Of a stretch of DNA of 64,000 nt, positions 46,080-57,247 are shown one piece after another. The notes beneath the pieces were generated by a model. It was not told where the DNA came from. It worked only from the letters and a program-made list of their open reading frames with translations, and made no database searches. Each line of letters starts with the position of its first letter. Within the stretch, counting starts at the first letter, position 1. The position numbers and the translations under genes were made by a program. The stretch is from an uncultured candidate division Zixibacteria bacterium (GTDB lineage: Bacteria > Zixibacteria > MSB-5A5 > GN15 > FEB-12), in NCBI GenBank assembly GCA_963707365.1, contig CAVPPI010000001.1:121326-185325 (forward strand), read 5' to 3'.

Positions 46080-47879
46080 ATGCAAAAACGCTTTGTATCG
46101 GCGGTTTTCGTTGTCGCCGTCGCGCTGATTCTCAGCGCCGCCTCAGCGACCGCCCAGAATATCGATGCCAAAGAATACCGGCTCGATAACGGCATGCAGG
46201 TTCTGATGGTCGAGCGACACGAGTCGCCAACCATTATGGCCTCGATTTTCGCCAAAGTCGGCTCAGCTAATGAGATTACCGGTATCACCGGCATATCCCA
46301 CCTGTTCGAACACATGATGTTCAAAGGCACGGAGACGATAGGAACCAAAGACATCGTTCGCGACCGTGAAATCATGGCCCAGCTCGATTCGCTTCGCGAT
46401 CTCATGCGGGCCGAAGAGAGCATCATGCGCGAACAGATGCGGCGCGGCGAAATCGAGGATATGTACGACCCTGCCGCCAAAACGCCTCGCTACCGCGAAA
46501 TCGAAATGGTGTTCGACAGCCTGATCCTTCAGCAGCGCGAGCTGATCATAAAAGACCAACTCGACGAGATCTACACCAAGAACGGTGGCTTCTTTCTGAA
46601 CGCCTTCACCAACGAAGACATGACCGGCTACTTTCGTTCGTCTGCCCAAAAAATAAAATCGAACTCTACATGTGGCTGGAGTCGGATCGCTTCGGCGGAC
46701 CCGTATTCAGAGAATTCTACTCCGAGCGCGATGTTGTCCGCGAGGAGCGACGCCTCGGTGTCGAATCAACACCCGACCGGCCTGATTGAAGAAGATTTTC
46801 AGTCCATGTTCTGGAAATCATCATCGTACCACTGGGATGTTATCGGTTGGCCCTCCGACCTCGGAAGTATCACCCGAAGGCAGGCTGACGATTATTTTGA
46901 CACCTACTACGCTCCCAATAATCTGGTCATGATCTTAGTCGGCGATCTCGAGCCCGATAAAATGATCAAGCTGGTAAGAACAATATTTCGAACGCATTCC
47001 ACGCGGCAAGGTAGACCCGCCCGATGTTACCACGCTCGAAGAAAAACAATACGGCGAGAAACGGATGATTGCCGAAGCGGAAACCAGCCCCAAGGCCGAA
47101 ATATGGTACCACACCGTCGCCTGGAAACATGCCGACAGCTATCCGCTCGAAGTACTAGCCGGTATTATGAACGGCAAAACGGGACGGCTGTTTAAGAAGC
47201 TCGTTGACGAAAAAGGCATCGCCAAGAGTTCCGGCGGAGGCGGCCGGAGCATGATGGGCGGTGATGATCTTGCCGTAGACGCCTTCCAGGGTTCCACTAA
47301 AATATGCCGGGATTCTATTTGCTTAGTGCTGAGGGCATCTCCGGTGTCAAAGCTGAGCAACTCGAAGAGGCAATGTATGAAGTCATCGATGACCTCAAGA
47401 AAAACCCGGTCACCCGGGAAGAACTACAGAAAGTCAAAAACCAGTTGATGGTGGAAAAAATTCGGTTCATGGATATCATGTCCGGAATCGGCATCCTCTT
47501 CTATCTCGGGCAGAACGCCGCCTATGGCGACTGGACCGAGGCTAACAACGGCCTGAAAAAACTGGAGATGGTCTCAGCTGATGACATCATGCGCATTGCC
47601 AATAAATACTTCGCCGACGACCAGAGAAACGTGCTGATAATAAACAGCAAAGCCGGTACCGGCGATGCCGAGGCCGAGGCAAGCGAAGACGATCAGTTTA
47701 ATCAGATGGTCGAGATGATCAACTCCATGACCGAGGCTACCAAACTCCAGCAGATGATTGGCATGGTTTCGATGCAGCTTGACCAGATCGAAGATGCTCA
47801 GGAAAAGGAAATGATGGAAAAGCTGCTGGGCGTTGCTAACAAGAAACTGGCCGAGCTAAAAGCCGCCGAAGAAAACTAA
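46080..47879 (+). pseudogene. M16 family zinc peptidase, catalytic subunit type (HLFEH); about four frameshifts as assembled
   Basis: Track ORFs are 46080..47195, 47065..47448 and 47304..47879. Signal peptide and HLFEH are present. Reconstructed joins are ...NEDMTGYF / VCPKNKIELYMWLESDRFGGPVFREFYSERDVVREERRLGVESTP (shift near 46633), back at the CCC run 46772..46774 to TGLIEEDFQS..., near 46982 to EQYFERIPRGKVDPPDVTTLEE..., and near 47303 to ...GFYLLSAEGISGVKAEQLEE.... Confidence 0.8.
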
Positions 47880-47904
47880 GGCGTACGCCACAGGAGATAA
47901 GATT

Positions 47905-49415
47905 ATGAAAAAATCATACACACTGTCATTGGATTGGCTGGCGGCGCTGGTGACAATTCTGGCGTTGACCGTTGCGTTTGCTTTCGCACCGTCCGCCACA
48001 GCCGGCGATATCGTCGACCATCCCGATAAACTCAAGTACGAAAAACTGAAATATCAGCCACCCAAACCACAGGATTATCGCCACACACTCAAATGCGGCG
48101 CTACCGCTTACGTAATTGAAAATCCGGAAATGCCCACGTTCGAGCTGACCATCCTGGTTCGCACCGGTTCCATTTACGACCCCGTTGAAAAGGCCGGTCT
48201 CTCAGACATGGCCGGTTACCTGATGCGCAACGGCGGCGTTGAGGGAATGACCGCTAAAGAACTCGATGAACGCCTCGCCTACCTGGCCGGTGAGATTTCA
48301 GTGGATATAGAAAGCGACCGCGGAGAAGTAAGTCTCTTCTGCCTGTCCAAAGATATCGACGAAGGACTTGACCTTCTGAAGAAGGTCATCCGTACCCCCG
48401 TGTTCGACCAGAGTGCCCTCGATAGATACCGTACCGATATCCTGTCGGAACTCGAACAACGCAATGCTTCGACATCGGATATCGAAAGTCGTGAATGGGA
48501 ATTTCTCCTGTACGGCGACCATCCGTGCACCACGCCGTATCGGCGTACGGAGCAATCCGTCAACTCGATCACTCCCGAAGACCTGACCGCCTTTCACGAG
48601 AAGTATTTCTTCCCGAAAAACTTCATTTTCGCACGTCTCCGGTGACTTCAAGACGGCTGATGTCCTGACAAAACTCGATAATATGCTTGCCGGATGGGCC
48701 GACCACGAACTGAACCTTCCGGTCACTTCCCGAGAATATCCCGGATCCGAAACCGGGCGTCTATATGATTAAAAAAGACGATGTCAACCAGTCACGTATC
48801 CGTATCGGACACATTGGCGTGAAGCGGGATATCCCCGATAAATGCGCGCTCGAGGTGATGAACGACATTCTGGGCGGGGGCGGGTTTACATCGCGGATCG
48901 TCCGGCGTGTGCGTTCCGACGAAGGACTGACCTACAGCGTCGGCAGCCGGTTCGTAAGCCCGGTTTTGTACCCCGGCACTTTCCGGGCATGGTTTCAAAC
49001 CAAGCATGAAACCGCTGCTTTCGGTACCGGACTTATGGTCGAAGAAATCAAGCGCATCCGCGCCGAGAAATGCGAAGCGGAAATAGTCGAGAATGCCAAA
49101 GCCTCATTCATTGGCAACCTGGTCAATCCCTTTAGCAGCAAGAGCCTTATCGTAAATACCTTTGCCTCCGATGACTACACCGGGCGGCCCGATGATTACT
49201 GGCAGAACTACGAGAAGAACTTTGAGGCGGTGACACCCGACGATGTTCTGGCCGCGGCGCAGAAATACCTGCACCCCGATAAGCTCGTGTATCTGGTCGT
49301 TGGCGACCCCGAAGCCGCCGAGCAAGGATCGGACAAACACCCCGAACATTTCTCGGACTTTGGTGAGATTACCATCGTGCCTCTTCGCGACCCGATGACG
49401 CTCGAAATAAAATAG
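47905..49415 (+). pseudogene. M16 family peptidase, non-catalytic subunit type; two frameshifts as assembled
   Basis: Track ORFs are 47905..48645 and 48765..49415. The zinc-motif position reads DMAGY. The middle segment, in a third frame, reads VSGDFKTADVLTKLDNMLAGWADHELNLPV. It then continues LPENIPDPKPGVYMIKKDDVNQSRIRIGH. Shifts lie near 48636 and 48725. Confidence 0.8.
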
Positions 49416-49439
49416 CGATAATACTCTCATTAGCAGAAA

Positions 49440-49467
49440 AGCCTCCCCGAAACGGGAGGCTTTTTTG
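49440..49467. terminator. bidirectional rho-independent terminator between convergent genes
   Basis: AGCCTCCC (49441..49448) / GGGAGGCT (49455..49462). It is followed by TTTTTT on the plus strand and by TTTTCTGC on the minus strand. Confidence 0.8.
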
Positions 49468-49497
49468 TAGCTTCGTCTTTGGTGAGAAAAACCAACC

Positions 49498-50214
49498 CTA
49501 CATCCCCGGCAAAGGCCGGCCAGTCAACATACAGAAGACAGCATACAATACACCACCAACCATGCCGCCTATATTGGCCAACATATGAGCGGCAATGGCA
49601 GGAACAAGGCTGCCTGTTTTCGCGCGCAGATAAGCAGCCATGAGACCGAGTGAGAACGTGAATATAATTGTCACTGTCGATGTCACTGCGTCGGCCCCGG
49701 TCAATGGCAGCACCAGGTGCATCGCGGCGAAGAACAGAGCACTTATCAAAACAGGTAACTCGATCCGGAAGAACGGAAATCTAACATATCTGCCCGATAG
49801 ACTCGAAAGATGTCCCTGAAGAAACCCGCGCGTGAAGATCTCCTCAATAGTACTCGAGAATATCCATACGAAGAGCACAATCTGGGGAAAGGTAAGACTT
49901 TTTGCGACCGGGCTGCCCGCTCCGCCAAATCCCAATACTCCGATAGTCGCTGCTACTCCAAGCAGCGGAGCCGTCGCCGCAATCAACATCCACCGGTGAT
50001 CACCCTTTGGCAGACAGAAGCCATACCCGGCAAATTTCCTTTTTCCGAAAATCGCTATTGCGACCAAAGCCAGAATCAGTTCCAAGCCCTGTGTCGTCGC
50101 CAAACGAGGAGTGCCTGAAGGCAGAACCAGCTTCGGCAGGACTATTGCGATCAGAAAAATACCAACCGAAACCGAAAGTGCTACGGTTACCCGCGAGTTG
50201 CTGTCAGTTGACAT
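49498..50214 (-). CDS. CPBP-family intramembrane glutamic endopeptidase (CAAX protease / Abi-like)
   Basis: The protein is multi-TM and carries EEIFTRGFL (EExxxR) and FAAMH (FxxxH). Confidence 0.85.
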   Translation of the reverse strand: MSTDSNSRVTVALSVSVGIFLIAIVLPKLVLPSGTPRLATTQGLELILALVAIAIFGKRKFAGYGFCLPKGDHRWMLIAATAPLLGVAATIGVLGFGGAGSPVAKSLTFPQIVLFVWIFSSTIEEIFTRGFLQGHLSSLSGRYVRFPFFRIELPVLISALFFAAMHLVLPLTGADAVTSTVTIIFTFSLGLMAAYLRAKTGSLVPAIAAHMLANIGGMVGGVLYAVFCMLTGRPLPGM

Positions 50215-50537
50215 GATATATACCCTTCATCCTTTTTAGATAGTCTCCGGCAAATTGCGACTCACTCTTGAGGCTACATGTATCGCATTTTAGTAACCGG
50301 TATACTCAATGACGGTCCACATATTCAAATTTCAGTAGCATTACATCGACCTTCCCCTCACTATTATCTCTATCTATATGCTCTCAGTCAAGTTTCATGT
50401 CTCCCTCTTCTTTTGGGTGCTGCCGGCAGGGGCAGCAGAATCTACGCCTCGTCCCTGACCAGGTGAACAGACTATCCCTGCCGGGCGTTTATATGGCGGG
50501 TAGTTGCGCCGAAACCTGACTTTTTGGAGAAGAGCGA

Positions 50538-51713
50538 GTGAAAAGCGCTATAACGACTTATCTTCTGGTTTTGCTCATCCTCGTATCCTGCAATAAGGGT
50601 ATCTCGCCGGAAGAACTGGGCGATACTTTCGCCCTTATCCACTGCACTTTAATCAACGGCACCGGTGAAGAACCTATTTATGATGCTGTGCTGGTGGTCG
50701 AAGATGGTCGCATTCAAGCTGTTGGCCACATAAGTACCACACCTGTTCCCCCCGGTGTAACGACAATAGACCTTTCCGGCGCGACTGTTCTGCCGGGATT
50801 TATGAATACTCACATTCACAGCGGCTTCAGCAGGACCAACCTGGAAGCTTGGGCGCGGGAAGGTGTTACCACCGTGCGCGATTTGTGTGGCCCCACAGCA
50901 TTCAACCTGAGAGACGAGCTGAACCAGAATCCGGCCTGCGCCAGACTGGTTGCTGCCGGACCCATGATCAGCGTACCCAATGGATATCCTTACGTTCCGT
51001 GGGGATCCTCATGCATGCTGGCGGTTACTTCTGTCGAAGATGCCCGCCAGAGGACAAGACAACTTCTACTCGATGGCGCCGATATTATCAAGATTAGCAT
51101 GGAGTCGGGCGAGAGCTTCGGGTTGGAGATCCCGTCTCTTTCTAATGAGGAAGCCGTAGCTATCGTGGAAACCGCCCACGAATATGGTACCGTGGCGACC
51201 GCGCATGTTCTCGTTTCGTACGATCTCGGACGGGCGCTCGATGCCGGCGCCGATGATATCGCCCATATGATCACCGACTATCTCCCCGACAGCCTGATAA
51301 CCCGTATGATTGACAACGATGTGTACTGGGTTCCCACTATCGAATTATGGATGAAGGTCGGTCAAGGATGGGGAGAGGTTGCCATCGGAAATTTGCGCCG
51401 GTTTGTACAGGCGGGAGGAAAGGTGGCTACCGGCACCGACTACGACGGCTACGATGCTGTGTTTGAGTTGGGCATGCCGCTGGATGAAATGAACTGGATG
51501 CTTCAGGCGGGTATGTCACGCATGCAAGTGATCGTGGCCGGTACAAAAAATGCCGCCAAAGTCTGCAATAGAGAAGATGACCTCGGTACCCTTGAAACCG
51601 GGAAAATAGCTGATATTCTGGTAGTAAACAGCAACCCCCTCGATGACATAGATGCTCTCGCCGATGTTCTCATGGTCATCCACAACGGCGTTGCAATCCG
51701 CGATGAAAGATAG
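50538..51713 (+). CDS. amidohydrolase-family metallo-hydrolase, lipoprotein
   Basis: GTG 50538 follows GGAG. Lipobox LILVSCN. Motifs FMNTHIHSG (HxH), ATAHV and GTDYDG are present. Confidence 0.85.
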   Translation: MKSAITTYLLVLLILVSCNKGISPEELGDTFALIHCTLINGTGEEPIYDAVLVVEDGRIQAVGHISTTPVPPGVTTIDLSGATVLPGFMNTHIHSGFSRTNLEAWAREGVTTVRDLCGPTAFNLRDELNQNPACARLVAAGPMISVPNGYPYVPWGSSCMLAVTSVEDARQRTRQLLLDGADIIKISMESGESFGLEIPSLSNEEAVAIVETAHEYGTVATAHVLVSYDLGRALDAGADDIAHMITDYLPDSLITRMIDNDVYWVPTIELWMKVGQGWGEVAIGNLRRFVQAGGKVATGTDYDGYDAVFELGMPLDEMNWMLQAGMSRMQVIVAGTKNAAKVCNREDDLGTLETGKIADILVVNSNPLDDIDALADVLMVIHNGVAIRDER

Positions 51714-51731
51714 CCCGAGGCTACGGTAGGG

Positions 51732-52569
51732 TCAATACTCCAGCGTCAAACCCACGCCCACTTCCTCAATATTCACAGCGCCCGATATAGCTACTTTAGA
51801 CTTCAGATCTGTGCAGTGACAAACATGCACCGAGGCAGGATTCAGAGACTTCATGTATTCGATTGTCCCCTGAAGCAGTCTCAGGTGCCGGATTCAGCAG
51901 GTGAAAACCTCCGATAATATCGACTACCCTGTCTTCACGGCACACTTTCCGGGCGTACTCGACTATATTGCAAATCCCCGAATGTGAACAACCGGTAATT
52001 ATAACGAGACCATCGCGCGACCTGTAAGCCAGCGCCGAGTCCTCAACCACGAAATCATCTTCAAGAACCCCGTTCTTGATAATCTTCCCAAACGGTTCGC
52101 CCGCCTCAAAATCGTTTCTTCTCTCAATCTCCCCCAGAAACACCAACTTCTCGTTTATCCACAGAGGTTCGACCGTTTCCTCGATCTGAAAATAACCGTC
52201 CAGATCGCTTCGGTCCAGCGACAGCTTTTCCTTCCCGGGTCTGTCATAGGTCTGCCGGAGCAGGGTGAAAGGATGGGTCAACAATCTTGGCCTGTCAGGA
52301 CGGCCTTCTCGGATTCCGCTTTCTGAATATAGCCGCAGCAGATGGGGGAGTCCCCCGACATGGTCAATATGCCCGTGAGACAATGCGAGATAATCGATAT
52401 CGGTCAGGTCGATACCGAGCTTCTTCGCATTTGCTATGAACGCATCCGAATAGCCGACATCAAAAAGTATCTTCCGGCCGTCGCACTCAATAAAATACGA
52501 CACGGCCGGTTCGCCTACGAAGTATCTGTCAATGAAAGTGTTGTTGTCTACCAGTACAGTTAGTTTCAT
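51732..52569 (-). pseudogene. MBL-fold metallo-hydrolase; one frameshift near the 3' end as assembled
   Basis: ORF 51796..52569 carries LSHGHIDHVGG. After ...IIGGFHLLN a shift near 51880..51893 restores LRLLQGTIEYMKSLNPASVHVCHCTDLKSKVAISGAVNIEEVGVGLTLEY, with the stop at 51732..51734. Confidence 0.75.
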
Positions 52570-52593
52570 CTTTTCTCAACGCTGTAATCGTTC

Positions 52594-53079
52594 TCACTCC
52601 TCCGTGAACTTGCTCATCGGAACATCGCTGTTCCAGATGTCGGCATGAAGTTTCCAATTGCCCGAAGCATCTTTTTTCCAGATATGCAGGTTCTTGGTCT
52701 TGTGCCACTGGGGCTCGGCGTCTTCGGCATGCCACGTATAATAATAGGAATTAACCGTATAGGCTATGTGACCGTCAACATCAATATCCACTACCACCCG
52801 GTCGCGAATCTTGAAAACCCAGCCTTCGCTGGACCGCATCATCTGCGCGATAGCCTCTTTGCCCTTGTACATTGTCCAGTGACTGGGCATCATAATGGCG
52901 CTGTCGTCGAACATAGCGATCCGGGCCTCGTTGTCGCCCGCCTCAATCGCTTGATAGAAAGCATCAATGGCACTAGTCAACTCAACCGGAACCCCTTCCT
53001 GCTGAGTCTGCCCGCAGCCGGTAATGCAAAGCATCAGGGCAATGAGAGCAAACCCCGACTTACGTGTCATTTTGTGCAT
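52594..53079 (-). CDS. NTF2-like (SnoaL/DUF4440-type) lipoprotein
   Basis: Lipobox LCITGCG. The protein is 161 aa and carries the pattern AIDAFYQAIEAGDNEARIAMFDDSAIMMP...KDASGNWKLHADIWN. Confidence 0.7.
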   Translation of the reverse strand: MHKMTRKSGFALIALMLCITGCGQTQQEGVPVELTSAIDAFYQAIEAGDNEARIAMFDDSAIMMPSHWTMYKGKEAIAQMMRSSEGWVFKIRDRVVVDIDVDGHIAYTVNSYYYTWHAEDAEPQWHKTKNLHIWKKDASGNWKLHADIWNSDVPMSKFTEE

Positions 53080-53205
53080 CTTCTCTTTTCTCCTTTCTCT
53101 GGCAATACCCCCCGATTTTAAAGACGGACAGGGCTTTCCCTCATAAAGTGATTTTTGACCGAAAATGTTGAAAATAGAGCCGGCGCCGACATCCGGGCGG
53201 GTTCT

Positions 53206-53460
53206 TTATCGATACTTGATCTTCAGAATCAGAATCATCGCGGCAATGACCAGCGTGACCGCATTGGCCAGAATAACAGGGTACGAGACAATGTACAATC
53301 CATACACCAGCCACAACAAAATACCGGTGGTGATGACTATATACATCGCGAGGGAGATATCCTTGGTCGAGCGCGTACGCCAGGCCTTCGTCAATTGCGG
53401 CACGAATGACACCGTGGTCAGCGCACCGGCCACTAATCCGAGAAGCATAATTGAATCCAT
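53206..53460 (-). CDS. SemiSWEET / PQ-loop family small transporter (3-TM half unit)
   Basis: The in-frame ATG 53460 follows GGAGGA. The 84-aa sequence is MDSIMLLGLVAGALTTVSFVPQLTKAWRTRSTKDISLAMYIVITTGILLWLVYGL.... Confidence 0.8.
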   Translation of the reverse strand: MDSIMLLGLVAGALTTVSFVPQLTKAWRTRSTKDISLAMYIVITTGILLWLVYGLYIVSYPVILANAVTLVIAAMILILKIKYR

Positions 53461-53531
53461 AGGAGGATGATAATACTCCGTCGTGTAGCAGCCGTCAAGG
53501 CTTATTTGACTAATTGAATTCACCTTGGCAG

Positions 53532-54209
53532 CTAATCCCTCACGCATCGGACCGAAAACCCGCTATTATTGTGACCGGGATTACTCCGAATACTCGCATT
53601 GCCGCCCGACAACCCGAAATGCCAGGCGAAAAGAGAATCATAGGCGGTCGATGACCACCAGGTCGCATAATTACCACCCTCGCCGCTGCCCCCGACCCGT
53701 CCACGGCCACCGGCCGGAACACCGCAAAAACCGCTCTCGTCTGTCGCCCCGGGATTGGAGCCATTCCACAACCCTGCCGTAGTGTCCTTTAGCTTGCCAC
53801 CGGCTACGCTCCTGCCACCCAGAAAGGATTCCAACTCCAGCCATTCAGCTTCCGTGGCCACATGCCAACCCTCAGGACACAAACCCCTGTCGTCATTAAC
53901 GGCATAAAAATTGTACAGCGCACCGTAAATCTGTTTGTAGGCGGCAGAGTCATTGTCATACCAGCAGAGCGCCCCGGTTCTCAAAACACTCCAAACAGAG
54001 TCGTTCTCAACTTCAGCAATCTCACAGCCATTGCGATAGTGCGTAACTCTCAGGTTCTCTGCCATCCATATTTGTGTCCCTATCTGAACGGTATGGTAAA
54101 TATTACCATCGAAGTCCGTTACAGTGAAACCCGCTCCAAAACCGAGAGCAAAAGCCAACACTACACTGGCGCCAACGGCCGCTGCACGTATTTGCCTAAG
54201 AAACATCAT
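53532..54209 (-). CDS. FISUMP (Fibrobacter succinogenes major paralogous) domain protein
   Basis: Characteristic blocks are DFDGNIYHTVQIGTQIWMAENLRVTHY, GALYNFYAV, LCPEGWHVATEAEW, GFCGVPAGGR and SGFSVRCVRD. Confidence 0.8.
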   Translation of the reverse strand: MMFLRQIRAAAVGASVVLAFALGFGAGFTVTDFDGNIYHTVQIGTQIWMAENLRVTHYRNGCEIAEVENDSVWSVLRTGALCWYDNDSAAYKQIYGALYNFYAVNDDRGLCPEGWHVATEAEWLELESFLGGRSVAGGKLKDTTAGLWNGSNPGATDESGFCGVPAGGRGRVGGSGEGGNYATWWSSTAYDSLFAWHFGLSGGNASIRSNPGHNNSGFSVRCVRD

Positions 54210-54212
54210 TCG

Positions 54213-55083
54213 TCACTCGATTTTCATCCCAACCCTGCTGAAGTCCGAACTGTAATAAACCCTCACTGCTTTACCGAGAACCAACTCGCGCGGAACGGGT
54301 CCCCAGAATCGGGAATCGAATGAATTATCTCTGTTGTCTCCCAATACGAAATATTCCTGTTCGGCTAATACGTACGGCCCAAAATTGTCGCGACTGTCCG
54401 CGCCACCGGACCGCCGGGGTTGTATCACCAGTTGTCCGGAGGACGTTGTGTCTATGTACTTCAATGTTGCCGGCTCGTCAGCAGGTGCGCCGTTGACGTA
54501 TAATATCTTGTCAACAATCTCGACTGTATCGCCGGGCAAGGCAACACATCTGTGGATATACTGTGTCACCAGGTCGTGAGGAAATATAAAGACAATAACG
54601 TCACCGCGCGCAGGGTCAACCGAGTCATAAGCCGACATATCCGCATAAAGATAGTCACCGACAAAGAGCGCGTTCTCCGCCGACTGGGAACTTACGGTGT
54701 AAGCCCGGGAGTTTGCATACAAGGGCTGCGCATACCACAGAACCAACAGCGAGAATGCCCCCCAAGCTATGTAATAGTACCACCGGTTGTATTTGCGAAG
54801 AACATAGTCATCGGGCTGCTCTCTGGCCGTCCACCACGCATGACCAAGGTAGAACAAAAGGTATAGCAGACCGCCGATGACGGGAACGATGATATTCAGC
54901 GGCCGGGTGTCCCATGTCGCCATAACAGCATACATGATTTTTGGCACAAGCAAAGCCCCAATCGAACCACGCCACTGCCTGAACGACCTTCCCGCTGTAA
55001 AGATGCCCGAGCCCGGGTATCACCAGAGCGAGTGCCGCCGCGACTATCGGCCGCCGCTTCTTGTTTTTGATTTCCTGTGTCAT
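54213..55083 (-). pseudogene. signal peptidase I (S26) homologue with atypical catalytic residues; one frameshift as assembled
   Basis: ATG 55083 follows AGGGGA and gives MTQEIKNKKRRPIVAAALALVIPGLGHLYSGKVVQAVAWFDWG. A shift at the CCCC run 54956..54959 joins (A)LLVPKIMYAVMATW... (ORF 54213..54953). Box B reads SSQSAENALFVGDYL, box D reads QYIHRCVALPGDTV and box E reads GDNRDNSFDSRFWGPVP. Confidence 0.75.
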
Positions 55084-55145
55084 GATGATTCCCCTATACA
55101 AGTTCTTCGTTCACCTTGCGGCTGTCGATTCCTACGCCGATATCA

Positions 55146-55640
55146 CTAGTCCTCAGCCCTGAAAACCCACCCCGGCGATGAATCCACCGTCTGACGCAAA
55201 AGAAGATTCAACTGGGCCGCATGATGCTGCACGTGGCGCATGTTGTAGAGAAGCAGCTCAGCTACACTGAGGTCAACCCGCCCGAACTTGTACCGCCGGT
55301 TGGCCTCTTCATCGGTCATTCCCTCAATCGTCGTTTTGCATTTGTTGCGGCCGTGTTCAAGATAGGTCAGAAGCTCGTCTTTTGTATACGGTCGCGGCGG
55401 GAGTTTCCCCGATGGATCCAATTCCTCAAGTCCGAACGGGGGAGGAGGCGTGAATCCATCGGCAGATTCCGACAGATAAAAGTCCAGCCAGAACAGCGCG
55501 TGGAACGCCAGGTACCAGAACTCCGGCTGACGCGAGCGATCATGCCATACGCTGTCAGGACAGGCCTCGATAGCCTTCCCAAGCGCATCGATAGCAGCCC
55601 CGAACTGTTGCCAGATTATTTCTTTACAGGTTTTATCCAT
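55146..55640 (-). CDS. DinB-family (four-helix-bundle, His-triad) protein
   Basis: ATG 55640 (MDKTCKEIIWQQFGAAIDAL) lies inside ORF 55146..55661. The C-terminal part reads ...LLLYNMRHVQHHAAQLNLLLRQ. Confidence 0.8.
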   Translation of the reverse strand: MDKTCKEIIWQQFGAAIDALGKAIEACPDSVWHDRSRQPEFWYLAFHALFWLDFYLSESADGFTPPPPFGLEELDPSGKLPPRPYTKDELLTYLEHGRNKCKTTIEGMTDEEANRRYKFGRVDLSVAELLLYNMRHVQHHAAQLNLLLRQTVDSSPGWVFRAED

Positions 55641-55723
55641 ATTGACACTTACGACATTCAATGACCCTGCGTTGGTGTCCTCGCATTATAACTGCTGCGG
55701 ACTCTGTTGAACACCAAATAAAC

Positions 55724-56706
55724 TTATCGTTCCCCATACGAGGCTATAGCCTCCGCCACCGCAACACGAATAGGCGTGTATTCGACACCAAGCTCCCGCT
55801 GGGCCTTGCTGCCATCGGCGCGAAACTCATTTTTCATCACCCGCATCTGGTCGATAGCCATGCCCCATATTGGAGGCCGCTTGATAATGTCGGCCAGTTT
55901 GGTCAACAGCCAAGCATTCGGCATGACCGAAAAATCGGGCAGACTGAGGCGGGGAAGGGGTACGCCGGAAATCTCACTGATCATGCGATTTATCTCACCA
56001 AACGTATGCTGAAACTTCCCGGCCAGATATACTTCTCACCAATGTTGTTCTCCATAACAGCCGCCCGGTAAATAATCTCCGCTACGTCTTTCACGTGGAC
56101 AAAGGTGAAAACACTGCTCTCCATCACTCTGGCCGGAAGGCGCCGCCGTATTATCCGGAGAATATACTCGCCGGTAGCCTTGGGGTCGCCCGGACCCAAT
56201 ACCGCCATCGGAAATACCATCACCAGCGGAAGTTTCCGTTCTCTGTGCATGGCCCACGCAATTTCGTCTGCCAGGAACTTTGTCTCGAAATATTCACTGA
56301 ATCGCACCGGACCTGCTTCACTCTCTTCCGTAAAAGGCACATCCTTTGGCTTTCCATAAATCCCGCCGGTGCTTATATGCACCACCTTCGAAACCCCCGC
56401 CTCTAACGCGGCCTCCATCACATTTCGTGTGCCATCGATATTTACCTTCCGGTAAACACTCCGATCCGGTTCCCAGAATGAATAGACATTGGCCAAATTT
56501 ATCACGCAATCATTTCCACCCATGGCCGATCTAAGCGACGTCGGGTCGGTAACATCGCCGATGACGCGGGTTACATTCCGACCCTCAAGTGCGGTGGTGT
56601 TGCTGCTATTTCGGACAAGACATGTTACATGATGATCGGTCTCGCTCAGACGTTTCACAAGATGACTACCTATGAATCCAGTCGCTCCGGTTACGAGGAT
56701 TTTCAT
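55724..56706 (-). pseudogene. NAD-dependent epimerase/dehydratase (extended SDR); one frameshift as assembled
   Basis: ATG 56706 follows GAGGAG and gives MKILVTGATGFIGSHL. ORFs 55990..56724 and 55724..55984 join as ...NNIGEKY / LAGKFQHTFGEINRMISEISGVPLPRL... near 56028. Confidence 0.8.
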
Positions 56707-57247
56707 ATCTTTCTCGCTCCTCAATCTTCAGACCTTGACCTACGATCCTACGAATACGTAAAACACATAACGATATTAGGTGCCAGAAAAAAACTCTGAT
56801 GGATTTTCGATGGTGAGATTTACTGCACAATGATAACATAGCTCGGCTGCTTAGTCAACGAATTCCATTGGTCGTTCTATTGGCAAGCAGGGCACTAAGA
56901 TATCAGTCTCAGGCCTTCTCGAAAACAACCCTCGACTCAGGTCGGAGCTTTGTCATGACTACATCCAGAAATCGGGGAATACTCCGCTTGGGGATGTGAG
57001 ACCACCAGCCCGCTAACGGTTGAGGCCTGAATGTGGTCGTTGGTGATTGCTGCTATAAATTTACTGCGAATACTCATGTCGATTGTGCTCCAAATATTGC
57101 GGCTACGGACAAATTTGTACCTGCGCCGGGGCAATGTCAAGAACATGTTCCCCCGGTCGTGTAAAAATAATACTCGCGGTTCGGGCAATTATTCAGATAG
57201 GCGTTTATCGAGTCCTGACTGGAACAAGTGACGCACAAATCTGACAG

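Noticed and set aside
37003-49415. Programmed ribosomal frameshifting or a deliberate recoding system as the explanation for the many frame changes in CusA and the M16 genes.
   Set aside because: The shift sites share no slippery heptamer or downstream structure. Both +1 and -1 shifts occur, some as compensating pairs within 60 nt. Some lie in short homopolymers, and they affect unrelated genes. Consensus indel error is the simpler explanation.
56937-57188. 83-aa ORF (with an internal 46-aa ATG version after GGAG) in the 520-nt gap upstream of the SDR gene.
   Set aside because: It has no family resemblance, a basic low-complexity N-terminus, and no support beyond a weak RBS. I kept it only as part of the long-gap observation.
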